Assembly (NCBI GenBank): GCA_965203805.1
Contig: OZ241917.1
Location: 3,232,001 to 3,296,000 of the forward strand
Origin: Candidatus Latescibacterota bacterium
GTDB lineage: Bacteria > Latescibacterota > UBA2968 > GCA-2709665
DNA: 64,000 nt
Direction: 5' to 3'
Part shown: positions 50,945 through 59,765 of the stretch, one piece after another
Layout of the letters: each line of letters starts with the position of its first letter
Position numbering within the stretch: position 1 is the first letter of the stretch
The notes under the pieces: model-generated
Told to the model about the DNA's origin: nothing
Databases searched by the model: none
Seen by the model: the letters and a program-made list of their open reading frames with translations, nothing else
Made by a program: the position numbers and the translations under genes

Positions 50945-52570
50945 ATGCAAGGCCAGATGATGGACTACCCGCTCACCCTGGACCGGATCCTCGAGCACGC
51001 CAACCGTCTGTATCCGCGCAAACGCATCACGACCGGATTGCCCGACGGGACCCTTCACCGCTACACGTACGCGGACCTGCGCCGCCGGTCGAAGCGGCTC
51101 GCCAGCGCTCTGGGCGGCCTGGGCGTCCAACCCGGCGACCGCGTGGGAACCTTCGCGTGGAACAACTACCAGCACCTGGAGCTGTACTTCGCGGTTCCGT
51201 GCAGCGGCGCCGTCTGCCATACGCTCAATATCCGCCTCTCGGCCGACCAACTGGCCTATATTATCAGCCACGCGGAGGACAAAGCCGTCTTTGTGGACGC
51301 GACCCTGCTGCCCCTCTTCGAAGCCGTGGCCGCCAGACTCGACCGTCCCCCCCGCGCCATCCTGTTCAATGCCGATCCCGGAACCGGCACGTCCCTCTCG
51401 GACGTCTGCGACTATGAAGACCTTATAGACAGCGGCAGCGACGCATTCGAATGGCCCGTCACCGACGAGGCCGCGGCCATGGGTCTCTGTTACACCAGCG
51501 GCACCACGGGCGAACCCCGGGGCGCGCTTTATTCGCACCGCTCGATGTTCCTGCACACCTTCGGCGTGAACCAGTCCAACGCCGTGGGCATTGTCGAATC
51601 GGATATCGTGATGCCGGTCGTACCCCAGTTTCACGCCATGGCTTGGGGTCTGCCCTATGCGTGCGCCATGGCCGGCGCGGACATGGTCCTTCCCGGACCC
51701 CACCTGAAGCCCGACGCCCTCGCCCGGACGATCGCGGACGAAGGCGTTACGGTGCCCGCCGGCGTTCCCACCATCTGGACCGGGCTCTATGAAGAACTGA
51801 AGGGCAACCCGCGCGACGTGTCCTGCATCCGGTCTCTGGTCGTGGGCGGTTCGGCCATGCCGCGCGGCCTGATCGAAGCCTACGAAACGGAACTCAACGT
51901 CCCGGTCCTGCACGCGTGGGGAATGACCGAACTCTCGCCCCTGGGCACCGTCTCCCGGCTGCAGCGGCATCACCGCGCCCTTTCGGACGCGGACAGGTGG
52001 GACGTCAAAGCCACGCAGGGGTATCCCATCTGCGGCGTTGAAATGCGGGTTGTGGATGACAGTGGAAGCGAAGCGCCCTGGGACGGCCGCAGCATCGGGG
52101 AGATTCAGGTCCGCGGCCCCTGGGTGATCGGGAGCTATTACAAACAGAAGCCTTCAGCCGACCGGTTCACGGACGACGGCTGGTTCCGGACCGGCGACGT
52201 GGGCGCGATGAGCCCGGACGGCTTCCTCCGCATCACGGACCGGACCCGAGACCTCATCAAGAGCGGCGGCGAGTGGATCTCCAGCGTCGAACTGGAGAAC
52301 GCGCTGATGGGGCACCCCGCCGTCACTGAAGCCGCCGTTATCGCCGTACCCGACGCGAAGTGGACGGAGCGTCCCTTCGCCATCGCCGTACGGTCGCCCG
52401 GCGCGGACCCGGTCACGGCCGAGGCGCTGCGGGCGCACCTGGCGTCGGCATATCCGAAATACTGGGTACCCGACCGGATCGTCTTCGTCGAGCAGATCCC
52501 CAAGACCAGTGTTGGAAAACTGGACAAGAAAGTGATCCGCCGCCGGCATGCCGAAGGACGGTTCGGATAG
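50945..52570 (+). CDS. Fatty acid-CoA ligase (AMP-binding)
   Basis: [30 protein letters not shown]. Confidence 0.92.
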   Translation: MQGQMMDYPLTLDRILEHANRLYPRKRITTGLPDGTLHRYTYADLRRRSKRLASALGGLGVQPGDRVGTFAWNNYQHLELYFAVPCSGAVCHTLNIRLSADQLAYIISHAEDKAVFVDATLLPLFEAVAARLDRPPRAILFNADPGTGTSLSDVCDYEDLIDSGSDAFEWPVTDEAAAMGLCYTSGTTGEPRGALYSHRSMFLHTFGVNQSNAVGIVESDIVMPVVPQFHAMAWGLPYACAMAGADMVLPGPHLKPDALARTIADEGVTVPAGVPTIWTGLYEELKGNPRDVSCIRSLVVGGSAMPRGLIEAYETELNVPVLHAWGMTELSPLGTVSRLQRHHRALSDADRWDVKATQGYPICGVEMRVVDDSGSEAPWDGRSIGEIQVRGPWVIGSYYKQKPSADRFTDDGWFRTGDVGAMSPDGFLRITDRTRDLIKSGGEWISSVELENALMGHPAVTEAAVIAVPDAKWTERPFAIAVRSPGADPVTAEALRAHLASAYPKYWVPDRIVFVEQIPKTSVGKLDKKVIRRRHAEGRFG

Positions 52571-52601
52571 CCGGCCGCGACCCGGGACAACAGGAACCCC
52601 G

Positions 52602-53333
52602 ATGCCTCTCCACCTGAAGAACCCTCACAGCATCCTGGCCGTTCTGCGATCCCGTCCCCAGGACGTCTACGAGATCCGTCTGCCGGACCCCGCGGCCGGC
52701 CCCTGGGGCCGGGTCCGGTCGTCCGCCGCGGAAATCGGCGTCAAAGTCACGAGCGGGACCCGCACGCCCCGGAGGCAAAACCGGACGGGCCGCGCGGGCG
52801 GCGCCGAGGCCGTCGTCAGGGAACGGCGCGCGGTCACCGTCCAGGACCTGTTCGCGAACGCGTCCGAGACCGGACTCTGGCTTGCGCTCGACCGCGTGCA
52901 GGACCCGCACAACGTGGGGGCGATCTTTCGCACGGCCGCCTTCTACGGCGTCCGCGGCATCCTGCTTACGCGGGACCGTTCCGCGTCGCTCACGGATACC
53001 GTGTACGACGTCGCGTCCGGCGGCGTGGAACACGTGCCCTTCTGCTTCCCGGCCAATCTCAGCAGGGCCCTCGACCTGGCGCGGAAGGCGAACCTCTGGA
53101 TTCTGGGCGCGTCCGAACACGCCGACGCCGACCTGAGCCGGATTGCGGGCGACCGGCCCTGGCTGCTGGTGCTGGGCAACGAGGAACGCGGGCTCCGCCG
53201 TCTCACGCTGGACAAATGCGACGTCACCTGCAGCATTCCATCGGCGGGCCGCGTCGCCTCCCTGAACGTCTCCGTGGCCGCGGGGATTTTCCTGCAGAAA
53301 CTCGCCCCGCCGCCGGAACCCGCCTCGCGATAA
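52602..53333 (+). CDS. TrmH/SpoU family RNA methyltransferase (RlmB-like)
   Basis: DPHNVGAIFRTA, GNEERG, SLNVSVAAG. Confidence 0.9.
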   Translation: MPLHLKNPHSILAVLRSRPQDVYEIRLPDPAAGPWGRVRSSAAEIGVKVTSGTRTPRRQNRTGRAGGAEAVVRERRAVTVQDLFANASETGLWLALDRVQDPHNVGAIFRTAAFYGVRGILLTRDRSASLTDTVYDVASGGVEHVPFCFPANLSRALDLARKANLWILGASEHADADLSRIAGDRPWLLVLGNEERGLRRLTLDKCDVTCSIPSAGRVASLNVSVAAGIFLQKLAPPPEPASR

Positions 53334-53452
53334 ACGGCCGGCGCCCGTATGCGATACAGGGCCGCGCCGCCCATGCTTCGGGAACCGGGCCCCCCTTGTC
53401 AGCATCTGCGTTATGCCTTATCTTTTTTTATAAAGGACCGGGAGAACAGCCG

Positions 53453-54079
53453 ATGCGCGAGACCATTTTCTGGGACGTGGATACCCAGTACGATTTCATC
53501 ATGCCGGACGGCAAGCTGTACATCCAGGCGGCGGAAAAAATCCTGCCCAACCTGGAGCGGCTCACCGCCTGCGCCCGGGAGCGGAACATCCCCATCTTCG
53601 GCTCGGTGGACTACCACAACCCCGACGATCCGGAGATTTCGGAGACGCCCGACTTCCAGGACACCTTTCCGCCGCACTGCCTGAAGGGCACGCCCGGCCA
53701 GCAAAAGGTCCCGGAAACACGAACCGCAAATCCGCTCTGGATCGACGGAGACGAGGAAGACCCCGCGGCCCTCGGAGAGCGGGTCCGCAGCCACGCCGGC
53801 GAGGTCATCTTCCGCAAACAACGCTTCGACGTCTTCACCAACCGGAACGTGGAACCGGTCCTGGATGCCGTCCGGCCCGGGCGCATCGTCCTGTACGGGG
53901 TTGCCCTGGACGTCTGCAACGCCTACGCCATCGACGGCTTTCTCGAGAGGAACACCGCTCCCGTCCACCTGGTCCTGGACGCCACGCAAGCCATCGTCCC
54001 CGAACGAGGTGAAACGCTCGTGGAAGGCTGGAAGGCCAGGGGCGTGACGGTCGTGTCGACCGACGAAATTACCGGATAG
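53453..54079 (+). CDS. Isochorismatase/nicotinamidase family cysteine hydrolase
   Basis: DVDTQYDF, FPPHC, GVALDVC. Confidence 0.88.
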   Translation: MRETIFWDVDTQYDFIMPDGKLYIQAAEKILPNLERLTACARERNIPIFGSVDYHNPDDPEISETPDFQDTFPPHCLKGTPGQQKVPETRTANPLWIDGDEEDPAALGERVRSHAGEVIFRKQRFDVFTNRNVEPVLDAVRPGRIVLYGVALDVCNAYAIDGFLERNTAPVHLVLDATQAIVPERGETLVEGWKARGVTVVSTDEITG

Positions 54080-54153
54080 ACAGATCCGCGTTCGATCGGA
54101 AACGCGGACGATGTCAGGCGAGTCAGCGACCGCAGCCCAACCCGGAGCCGCCC

Positions 54154-55254
54154 ATGATACTCGTGAACCGGCACACCCAATCGGGAGGCGCCCCCTTTCG
54201 CGCCACGTTGCGCATCAGGCCGGCTTCCCGCATGGAACTGTTCGACGTGCGAGGCAGGTTGAGAGAGGAATTCGGGTCGGACTTCACCCGGTATTCCAGG
54301 CAATTCTACATTTCGGACCACACCACGGCCGGGTACCTGGATCAGCGCCTCGCCGAGATGTTCGAGCACAGCGTGGACAACATCCAGGAATATCTCGACG
54401 TCTTCCGCAAGCTCTTTCCCCCCGATGCCGGCTACGTACACGACGAACTCGATTTGAGAACGGAGCTCTCCGAACAGCAGCGCGCCAACGAGCCCCTCAA
54501 CGCCGATTCCCACCTCACGTTCATGGGGGGCGGATTGGACAACAGCGCGTCCTATGAACTTCAGGGAAACGAGCCGGTCTGGTTCGTGGAACTCGACGGG
54601 GTGCACGTTGGCGGTTCCCGCAGCAGGCGGACCACGGTGGTCGCATACAGCGGCGAGGAGGAGGTCGCCCGGACGCAGGTGAGGGTGCCCGCGGCCCCTC
54701 ACGCGATAGACGCCCAGAACCTGAGGGATCCGGGTTACGGTTTTATCGCCGGGTTACAGTCGCTGGTGCGCGAGCACAGGGTATCGTTCGGTCGTATCGA
54801 CGTGTCCCTTGCCGCGACGGAAAACCACGCGGGCCTGACCGTCAACGAGTATGAGACCCTGCTCATGACCCATGACCTTCGGGAGGTCCTGCGAAACCCC
54901 TTCCACTATATGGCGAAGATCGGCAAGTCGGCGCTCCGCGCCCCGCGCGCCATCCCCGCGAAGGCCCGTAACTACGCAAAGTACGATGCAGTACAGCTGT
55001 TCAACGAATTCGTGAGCCGGGCGCGCATGGGGGGTTCGGTGGTGGAAACGCTCGTGAACCGGGCGCTGTCGGTCCCGGTCGCGCGCTTCCTGCGGATGAA
55101 GCGGGAGATCAGCCTGCCTGTTCTGGACCGCGAAGGAAGAGAAGGAATCGGCGAGATCGGCTGGGGCACCTACCAGAGCCCCATCCTGGTCCAATGGAAG
55201 GTCGCCTCGGGACCGGCCCGGACGCTGAACGTGAGGCTGATGCGGTTCGTTTAG
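54154..55254 (+). CDS. Hypothetical protein with two YjbQ/UPF0047-like halves
   Basis: HTTAG...YVHD...NADSHL...ELDG in the first half; AGLTVNE...DL...GTYQ in the second. Confidence 0.6.
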   Translation: MILVNRHTQSGGAPFRATLRIRPASRMELFDVRGRLREEFGSDFTRYSRQFYISDHTTAGYLDQRLAEMFEHSVDNIQEYLDVFRKLFPPDAGYVHDELDLRTELSEQQRANEPLNADSHLTFMGGGLDNSASYELQGNEPVWFVELDGVHVGGSRSRRTTVVAYSGEEEVARTQVRVPAAPHAIDAQNLRDPGYGFIAGLQSLVREHRVSFGRIDVSLAATENHAGLTVNEYETLLMTHDLREVLRNPFHYMAKIGKSALRAPRAIPAKARNYAKYDAVQLFNEFVSRARMGGSVVETLVNRALSVPVARFLRMKREISLPVLDREGREGIGEIGWGTYQSPILVQWKVASGPARTLNVRLMRFV

Positions 55255-55264
55255 CCGCGATTGC

Positions 55265-55313
55265 AAAAAAAAAACGCCATCGTCCGAGTAGACTGCGGGC
55301 GATGGCGTTTTTT
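55265..55313. terminator. Bidirectional terminator
   Basis: A-tract, CGCCATCG...CGATGGCG, T-tract between convergent genes. Confidence 0.8.
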
Positions 55314-55323
55314 CTTGTTGCCG

Positions 55324-56427
55324 CTATTTCCCCGCCGCCACGTCGAGGTCTTTGTCTTTGAACAGGTCCAGGTACTTTCCGTACCCCGCGGCCTTCAGCG
55401 CATCCGCGGGAATAAAGCGCAGCGACGCCGAATTGATGCAATAGCGCAGCCCGGTTGGCGGCGGTCCGTCCGGGAAGACGTGGCCAAGGTGGGAATCTCC
55501 GTACTTGCTGCGGACTTCCGTGCGGGTGATGAAGAGGCTGTTGTCCACGCGTTCCACCACGTGCCCGGAAACCAGGGGCCGCGTGAAGCTCGGCCATCCG
55601 GTTCCGGACCGGTACTTGTGCGTGGAGCTGAAGAGCGGCTCGCCCGAGACGATATCCACGTAGATGCCCGCCTTCTTGTTGTCCCAGAATTCGTTGCGGA
55701 ACGGCCGCTCGGTGCCGTCCTCCTGGGTCACGTTCCACTGGATTGGCGTGAGCTTCCGGCGAAGCTCGGCTTCGGGGGGTTTGACCCAGTTCCCGCTGGA
55801 AGACTTCGCGGGTTTGTCCCGCCCCCAGGTCCGCTCGATGAAGCGGTCGCGGCCCGAGCCTTTCCGGTATCGGTTGTAATGGTCCGGCTTCTTCCTGTAG
55901 TAATCCTGGTGGTAGTCCTCCGCGGGATAGAAGGTTTGTGCGGGGCGGATGGGCGTGACGATGGGGGCGTCGAACCGGCCGGATCCCGCGAGCGTTTCTT
56001 TCGACGCTTCGGCGAGCTTTTTCTGCTCCTCGTCATGGTAGAAAATGGCGGACGTGTACTGGTGGCCCCGGTCATAGAACGACCCTCCCGAATCGGTGGG
56101 GTCGAACTGCCGCCAGTAGACGTCAAGCAATTGGGCGTAGGTGACGACAGCGGGGTCGTACGTGACCAGCACCGCTTCGATGTGCCTGGTCTGCCCCTTG
56201 CTGACCTGCCCGTACGTGGGGTTCACGATCGTTCCGCCGGTATAGCCGGATACCGCGGAGACCACGCCGTCCAGCTTGTCGAAAGGGGCTTCGATGCACC
56301 AGAAGCAGCCTCCGGCGAACGTGGCCTGCGCCGCGTTTTTCGTTTCGGACCGCCCGTCGCCGGCGCCAAGGGCCAGGGCGACAACCAGGACGGCGGCGGT
56401 GAACAACAGCACAAGGGTCGTTTTCAT
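55324..56427 (-). CDS. msrAB: Exported peptide methionine sulfoxide reductase MsrA/MsrB fusion
   Basis: Signal peptide, [27 protein letters not shown]. Confidence 0.95.
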   Translation of the reverse strand: MKTTLVLLFTAAVLVVALALGAGDGRSETKNAAQATFAGGCFWCIEAPFDKLDGVVSAVSGYTGGTIVNPTYGQVSKGQTRHIEAVLVTYDPAVVTYAQLLDVYWRQFDPTDSGGSFYDRGHQYTSAIFYHDEEQKKLAEASKETLAGSGRFDAPIVTPIRPAQTFYPAEDYHQDYYRKKPDHYNRYRKGSGRDRFIERTWGRDKPAKSSSGNWVKPPEAELRRKLTPIQWNVTQEDGTERPFRNEFWDNKKAGIYVDIVSGEPLFSSTHKYRSGTGWPSFTRPLVSGHVVERVDNSLFITRTEVRSKYGDSHLGHVFPDGPPPTGLRYCINSASLRFIPADALKAAGYGKYLDLFKDKDLDVAAGK

Positions 56428-57572
56428 ATCGCATCCTCCTGACTATCCGATCCTCGGGGAAATTGCGCGAGGGCGCGCTGATTCGATGTACTTTTTCATA
56501 ACGCCTGTCGGCCGGTAATGGTTGCAGGGAACTGAAGAGAAGGAAGAAGGAAAAAGGAAGAAGGAAGAAGGAAGAAGGAAAACCGGTTGTGGTCCTCGTT
56601 CGTATTATCCATCATGTCCTGACAGGCCGCCTGCCGGCGGACAGACACCCGTTGGAACTAACCTCCTGGGGGACATTGACTTTACTCCTCCAACCAACTT
56701 TCATTTTCTCTTCGTCCTTTTTCTTGTACGCCCAAGAAAAAGGACCAAAAAGAACGGCGCCTGCCTGCCGAGCAGGCTTCGGCGCAGGCAGGCCGCTCGG
56801 CGCGGGGCCGGTTTTTCCGTGAACCACCTCAGTGGCGCAATTGGAATTTGGGTGCCCTGTCACCGAAACAGCCCTGCCGGAACTATGTTGCTGGACGGAT
56901 TTGCACGGAAAAACCCCCCTCTCCACAACCGTCCGCTTGATAGGAACTTACAAAGCACCGTACGGCGATGTTCCTGCGCGCTGGAGCGTTTACAGACCCA
57001 CCAACCTACCCCCTATCCCCCTTCCCGGGGGGAGGGGGAAACTGTGATCCCCTCGTGGTGTCCTGGTTTGCTCCCCCTCTCCCCCCGGGAGAGGGGGCCG
57101 GGGGGAGAGGTCTGAGGGGTTGGGGGTGAGGGCGCTCTTGATTCTGGCTGACGGCTGAGAGCCGACCGCTGATTGCTGCTCTAAGGAAGGGAGAAAGCGG
57201 GATCCTATCGCGTGGCGTTCGTTACCCTTTCCTTATAGGAGAGGGTCCCTGTCTGGCGGTGGTTTTTCGGCAGGCAGGGGGGAGAGGTCTGCGTAAATTC
57301 GGGGAGACGTAAGAGGGTAGACGGTAGATGAAGACATTTACCGCAGTGTTTCTACATAAACCGTGCCTGTTTTTTTACCGATATGGTAACGACTGGAAAA
57401 ACCATGGGGCACTGATATCATCTCCCGTCTCACGTCTACCCGCCTCCGCCGACCTACCCCCTATCGCGTGGCGTTCGTTACCCTTTCCTTATGGGGCTTA
57501 TATACTTAACTTGATATTTGTTTTAGGTTGTTCTACCAATCAACCCGTCAACATCACAGAGGAGAAGTTGAT

Positions 57573-57845
57573 ATGAAAAGGGACCTTGAATTGCGAGATT
57601 GGATCCTAACAGTGCTCGAAGACGCTGATGATCCATATTTGAGCCAGTATGTAATCATCGAAAGAGTAAATAAATCAACTAACGACGAATACACCGAAGA
57701 GCAAATCCTCCACCATATACTCCTCGCCTCTGATATGGGTCAGGTGAAAGTGAACAACGGCGAAATTCGCCTCACAAACGACGGCCATAATCATATTGAA
57801 AAGATGAGGGAACCATCACGAGCTAGTTTGCCGCCAGATCAATAG
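57573..57845 (+). CDS. DUF2513-like winged-helix protein
   Basis: GAGGAG RBS; MKRDLEL..IL...HHILL..D.G...RLT.DGH. Confidence 0.7.
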   Translation: MKRDLELRDWILTVLEDADDPYLSQYVIIERVNKSTNDEYTEEQILHHILLASDMGQVKVNNGEIRLTNDGHNHIEKMREPSRASLPPDQ

Positions 57846-57970
57846 TAAAACGCTTGCCGATCACACAGAGAAAGACTTGCGCCATCTGAACATTAATGTC
57901 CAACTGGCGCGCGTTGTTCTTTGGGGCCAACAACCCTCCCGCAGACGCCCTAGAAACAAGAGAATACCAT

Positions 57971-58225
57971 ATGAGCTTCATGATCAGCTACGATATGGGA
58001 GACGATGCAAACTACGAAAAAATCATAACGCGTCTCAATCTCCTCAATGGAAAACCCATCCTCAAATCCCAATGGATCATAAATTCACCATTATCGATTG
58101 AGCAACTATTCGACATCCTCAGTCCTTCTATCGGCCGAAAGCACCACCTCCTAATCATGCCCATCGGAGATGCCCTTTCAAGATCCAAAGGCCGTCGCCT
58201 TCCACGATGCTGGCGCGAATTTTAG
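57971..58225 (+). CDS. Standalone Cas2/VapD-like small ferredoxin-fold protein
   Basis: MISYDM....YEKI..RL......ILKSQWII pattern. Confidence 0.55.
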   Translation: MSFMISYDMGDDANYEKIITRLNLLNGKPILKSQWIINSPLSIEQLFDILSPSIGRKHHLLIMPIGDALSRSKGRRLPRCWREF

Positions 58226-58312
58226 GCTCCGAGAAACTACCTTCAAAGCATCCTTCTCCTCTTTCGACTCCGGCTCAAACGTCAAACTTCCATCTCGCCA
58301 GTAAACACGCAC
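58178..58312 (-). CDS. 44-aa micro-protein (below the ORF track cutoff)
   Basis: TATAAT, then AGGAGG 5 nt before GTG; MRVYWRDGSLTFEPESKEEKDALKVVSRSLKFAPASWKATAFGS. Confidence 0.5.
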   Translation of the reverse strand: MRVYWRDGSLTFEPESKEEKDALKVVSRSLKFAPASWKATAFGS

Positions 58313-58598
58313 CCAAGCCTCCTATCTATTAATTATATAGTATTTCGATCCCTAGAAAACGACGGGACACCCATTGACCGGTCTGCAAAACCGCGAGGGT
58401 GTACCACCTCTCCCGCACAAAACCTATATCAAGTTAAGTATATAAGTCCTTTCCTTATAGGAGAGGGTCCCTGCCTGGCGGTGGTTTTTCGGCAGGCAGG
58501 GGGGAGAGGTCTGAGGGGTTGGGGGTGAGGGCGCTCTTGATTTTGGCTGACGGCTGATAGCTGACCGCTGATTGCTGCTCTACCGAACGTTTTCACAC

Positions 58599-58627
58599 TT
58601 GATATATGAACGTTTGTGCAGTATATT
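58599..58627 (+). promoter_or_regulatory. Promoter with SOS-box-like site; predicts a leaderless mRNA
   Basis: TTGATA-17-TATATT with GAAC-gttt-GTGC in the spacer; the ATG begins 7 nt after the -10. Confidence 0.5.
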
Positions 58628-58633
58628 CAGGAC

Positions 58634-59431
58634 ATGGCGCATTCGCACCTGGAAATCGAAGAGACCGCGGCGCGGTCGGTCCTGATGCCGCAGGACGGTC
58701 CGCCCGTTACCCGGTACACCCTGAATCCGTACATCGGATGCGGCATGGGGTGCGCCTATTGTTACGTGATGAAATACCCGTACGCCGAAGAACACCCCCT
58801 GCCCTGGGGCGCATGGGTGCAGCCCAAAACGAACGCGCCCTTTCTGCTGGGCAGGGCGCGGGACAAGATCTGGGGCCGGCGGATCTTCGTGGGTTCGGCC
58901 ACCGACCCGTACCAATACGTGGAACGCCGGTACCGGCTGACGCGCCGATGCCTGAACGTGCTGGAGGACAGCAACCCGAAAGACGTTGTGGTGCATACGC
59001 GGAGCCATCTGATCCTGGACGACGTGGAATTGCTCCGCGCATTCAAGCCCCCCTTGCGGGTGTGTTTTTCCATCCCGACGGACGACGACCGCGTGCGCAA
59101 AAAGCTGGAGCCGCACGCCCCCCGCATCGACGTGCGGCTGAAGACCATGCGGCGCCTCCGGGCCGAAGGCATTCACGTAACCGCGGCTGTGGCGCCTCTG
59201 CTCCACTGCGATCCGGCCCGCTTCGCCCGGCTGCTTCACGACGCCGCGGACGACGTCTACACCACGTCGATGCGATATACCGACAAAACGGGCCTCCAAT
59301 CGACGGACGGAGCGCGGGCGTATTTCGAAAGCGCCCGGTACAGAGACCTGGTCGCCGAAACAGACCGCTGCCTGGACGCGGCGGGCCTGACGACGAACGG
59401 AGACGACGGGCGAGACTTCGCGTCGAGGTGA
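58634..59431 (+). CDS. Radical SAM protein, SplB-like/Rv2578c DNA-repair family
   Basis: LNPYIGCGMGCAYCY, SATDPYQ..ERRY.LTR. Confidence 0.88.
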   Translation: MAHSHLEIEETAARSVLMPQDGPPVTRYTLNPYIGCGMGCAYCYVMKYPYAEEHPLPWGAWVQPKTNAPFLLGRARDKIWGRRIFVGSATDPYQYVERRYRLTRRCLNVLEDSNPKDVVVHTRSHLILDDVELLRAFKPPLRVCFSIPTDDDRVRKKLEPHAPRIDVRLKTMRRLRAEGIHVTAAVAPLLHCDPARFARLLHDAADDVYTTSMRYTDKTGLQSTDGARAYFESARYRDLVAETDRCLDAAGLTTNGDDGRDFASR

Positions 59432-59765
59432 GTGCGGCAGTGCCACACTGGCGAATAAACGTCCGATAGAATGCCAGCTTGAAATCGGAAGCGGAAACAA
59501 GCCTGAAATGAACTTTAAATCGAGTTCAAAATCAAACCGTCAGCATTTGTATAAATGGTTGTGTTTTCGACGCTAATTCCGAAATGAAAATGAAATGAAC
59601 TGTGAAATGAGATGCAAAACGAGTTGGTAACGGCCCGCCGCAATGACATTCATCGATACAGACGATCAGAGCGCTGAAGCAAGTTGTCCTGGGCGATAAC
59701 ATACCCGTTTCCGTGGGTCCCGCCACACCCACTGATCGCCGGTTTCAGTTCTCCTGCCACTCCGG

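Larger units (their letters stand above)
57493..58450. mobile_element. Non-autonomous TIR element with passenger ORFs (IS1595-like mobile cassette)
   Basis: TIR GGGCTTATATACTTAACTTGATAT (57494-57517) matches ATATCAAGTTAAGTATATAAGTCC (58426-58449) at 23/24. TSD TTCCTTAT at 57485-57492 and 58451-58458. The empty site is seen in other repeat copies. Confidence 0.88.
56530..58580 (+). repeat. Mosaic intergenic repeat locus 7 (contains the inserted element)
   Basis: Module A, REP arms, core C2. Confidence 0.9.

Noticed and set aside
9545-58580. Repeat loci as CRISPR arrays
   Set aside because: There is no constant repeat with regular unique spacers and no cas operon; the Cas2-like ORF is standalone.
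59500-59620. TGAAATGAA repeats in an AT-rich spacer
   Set aside because: They are short and irregularly spaced, and no function can be supported.
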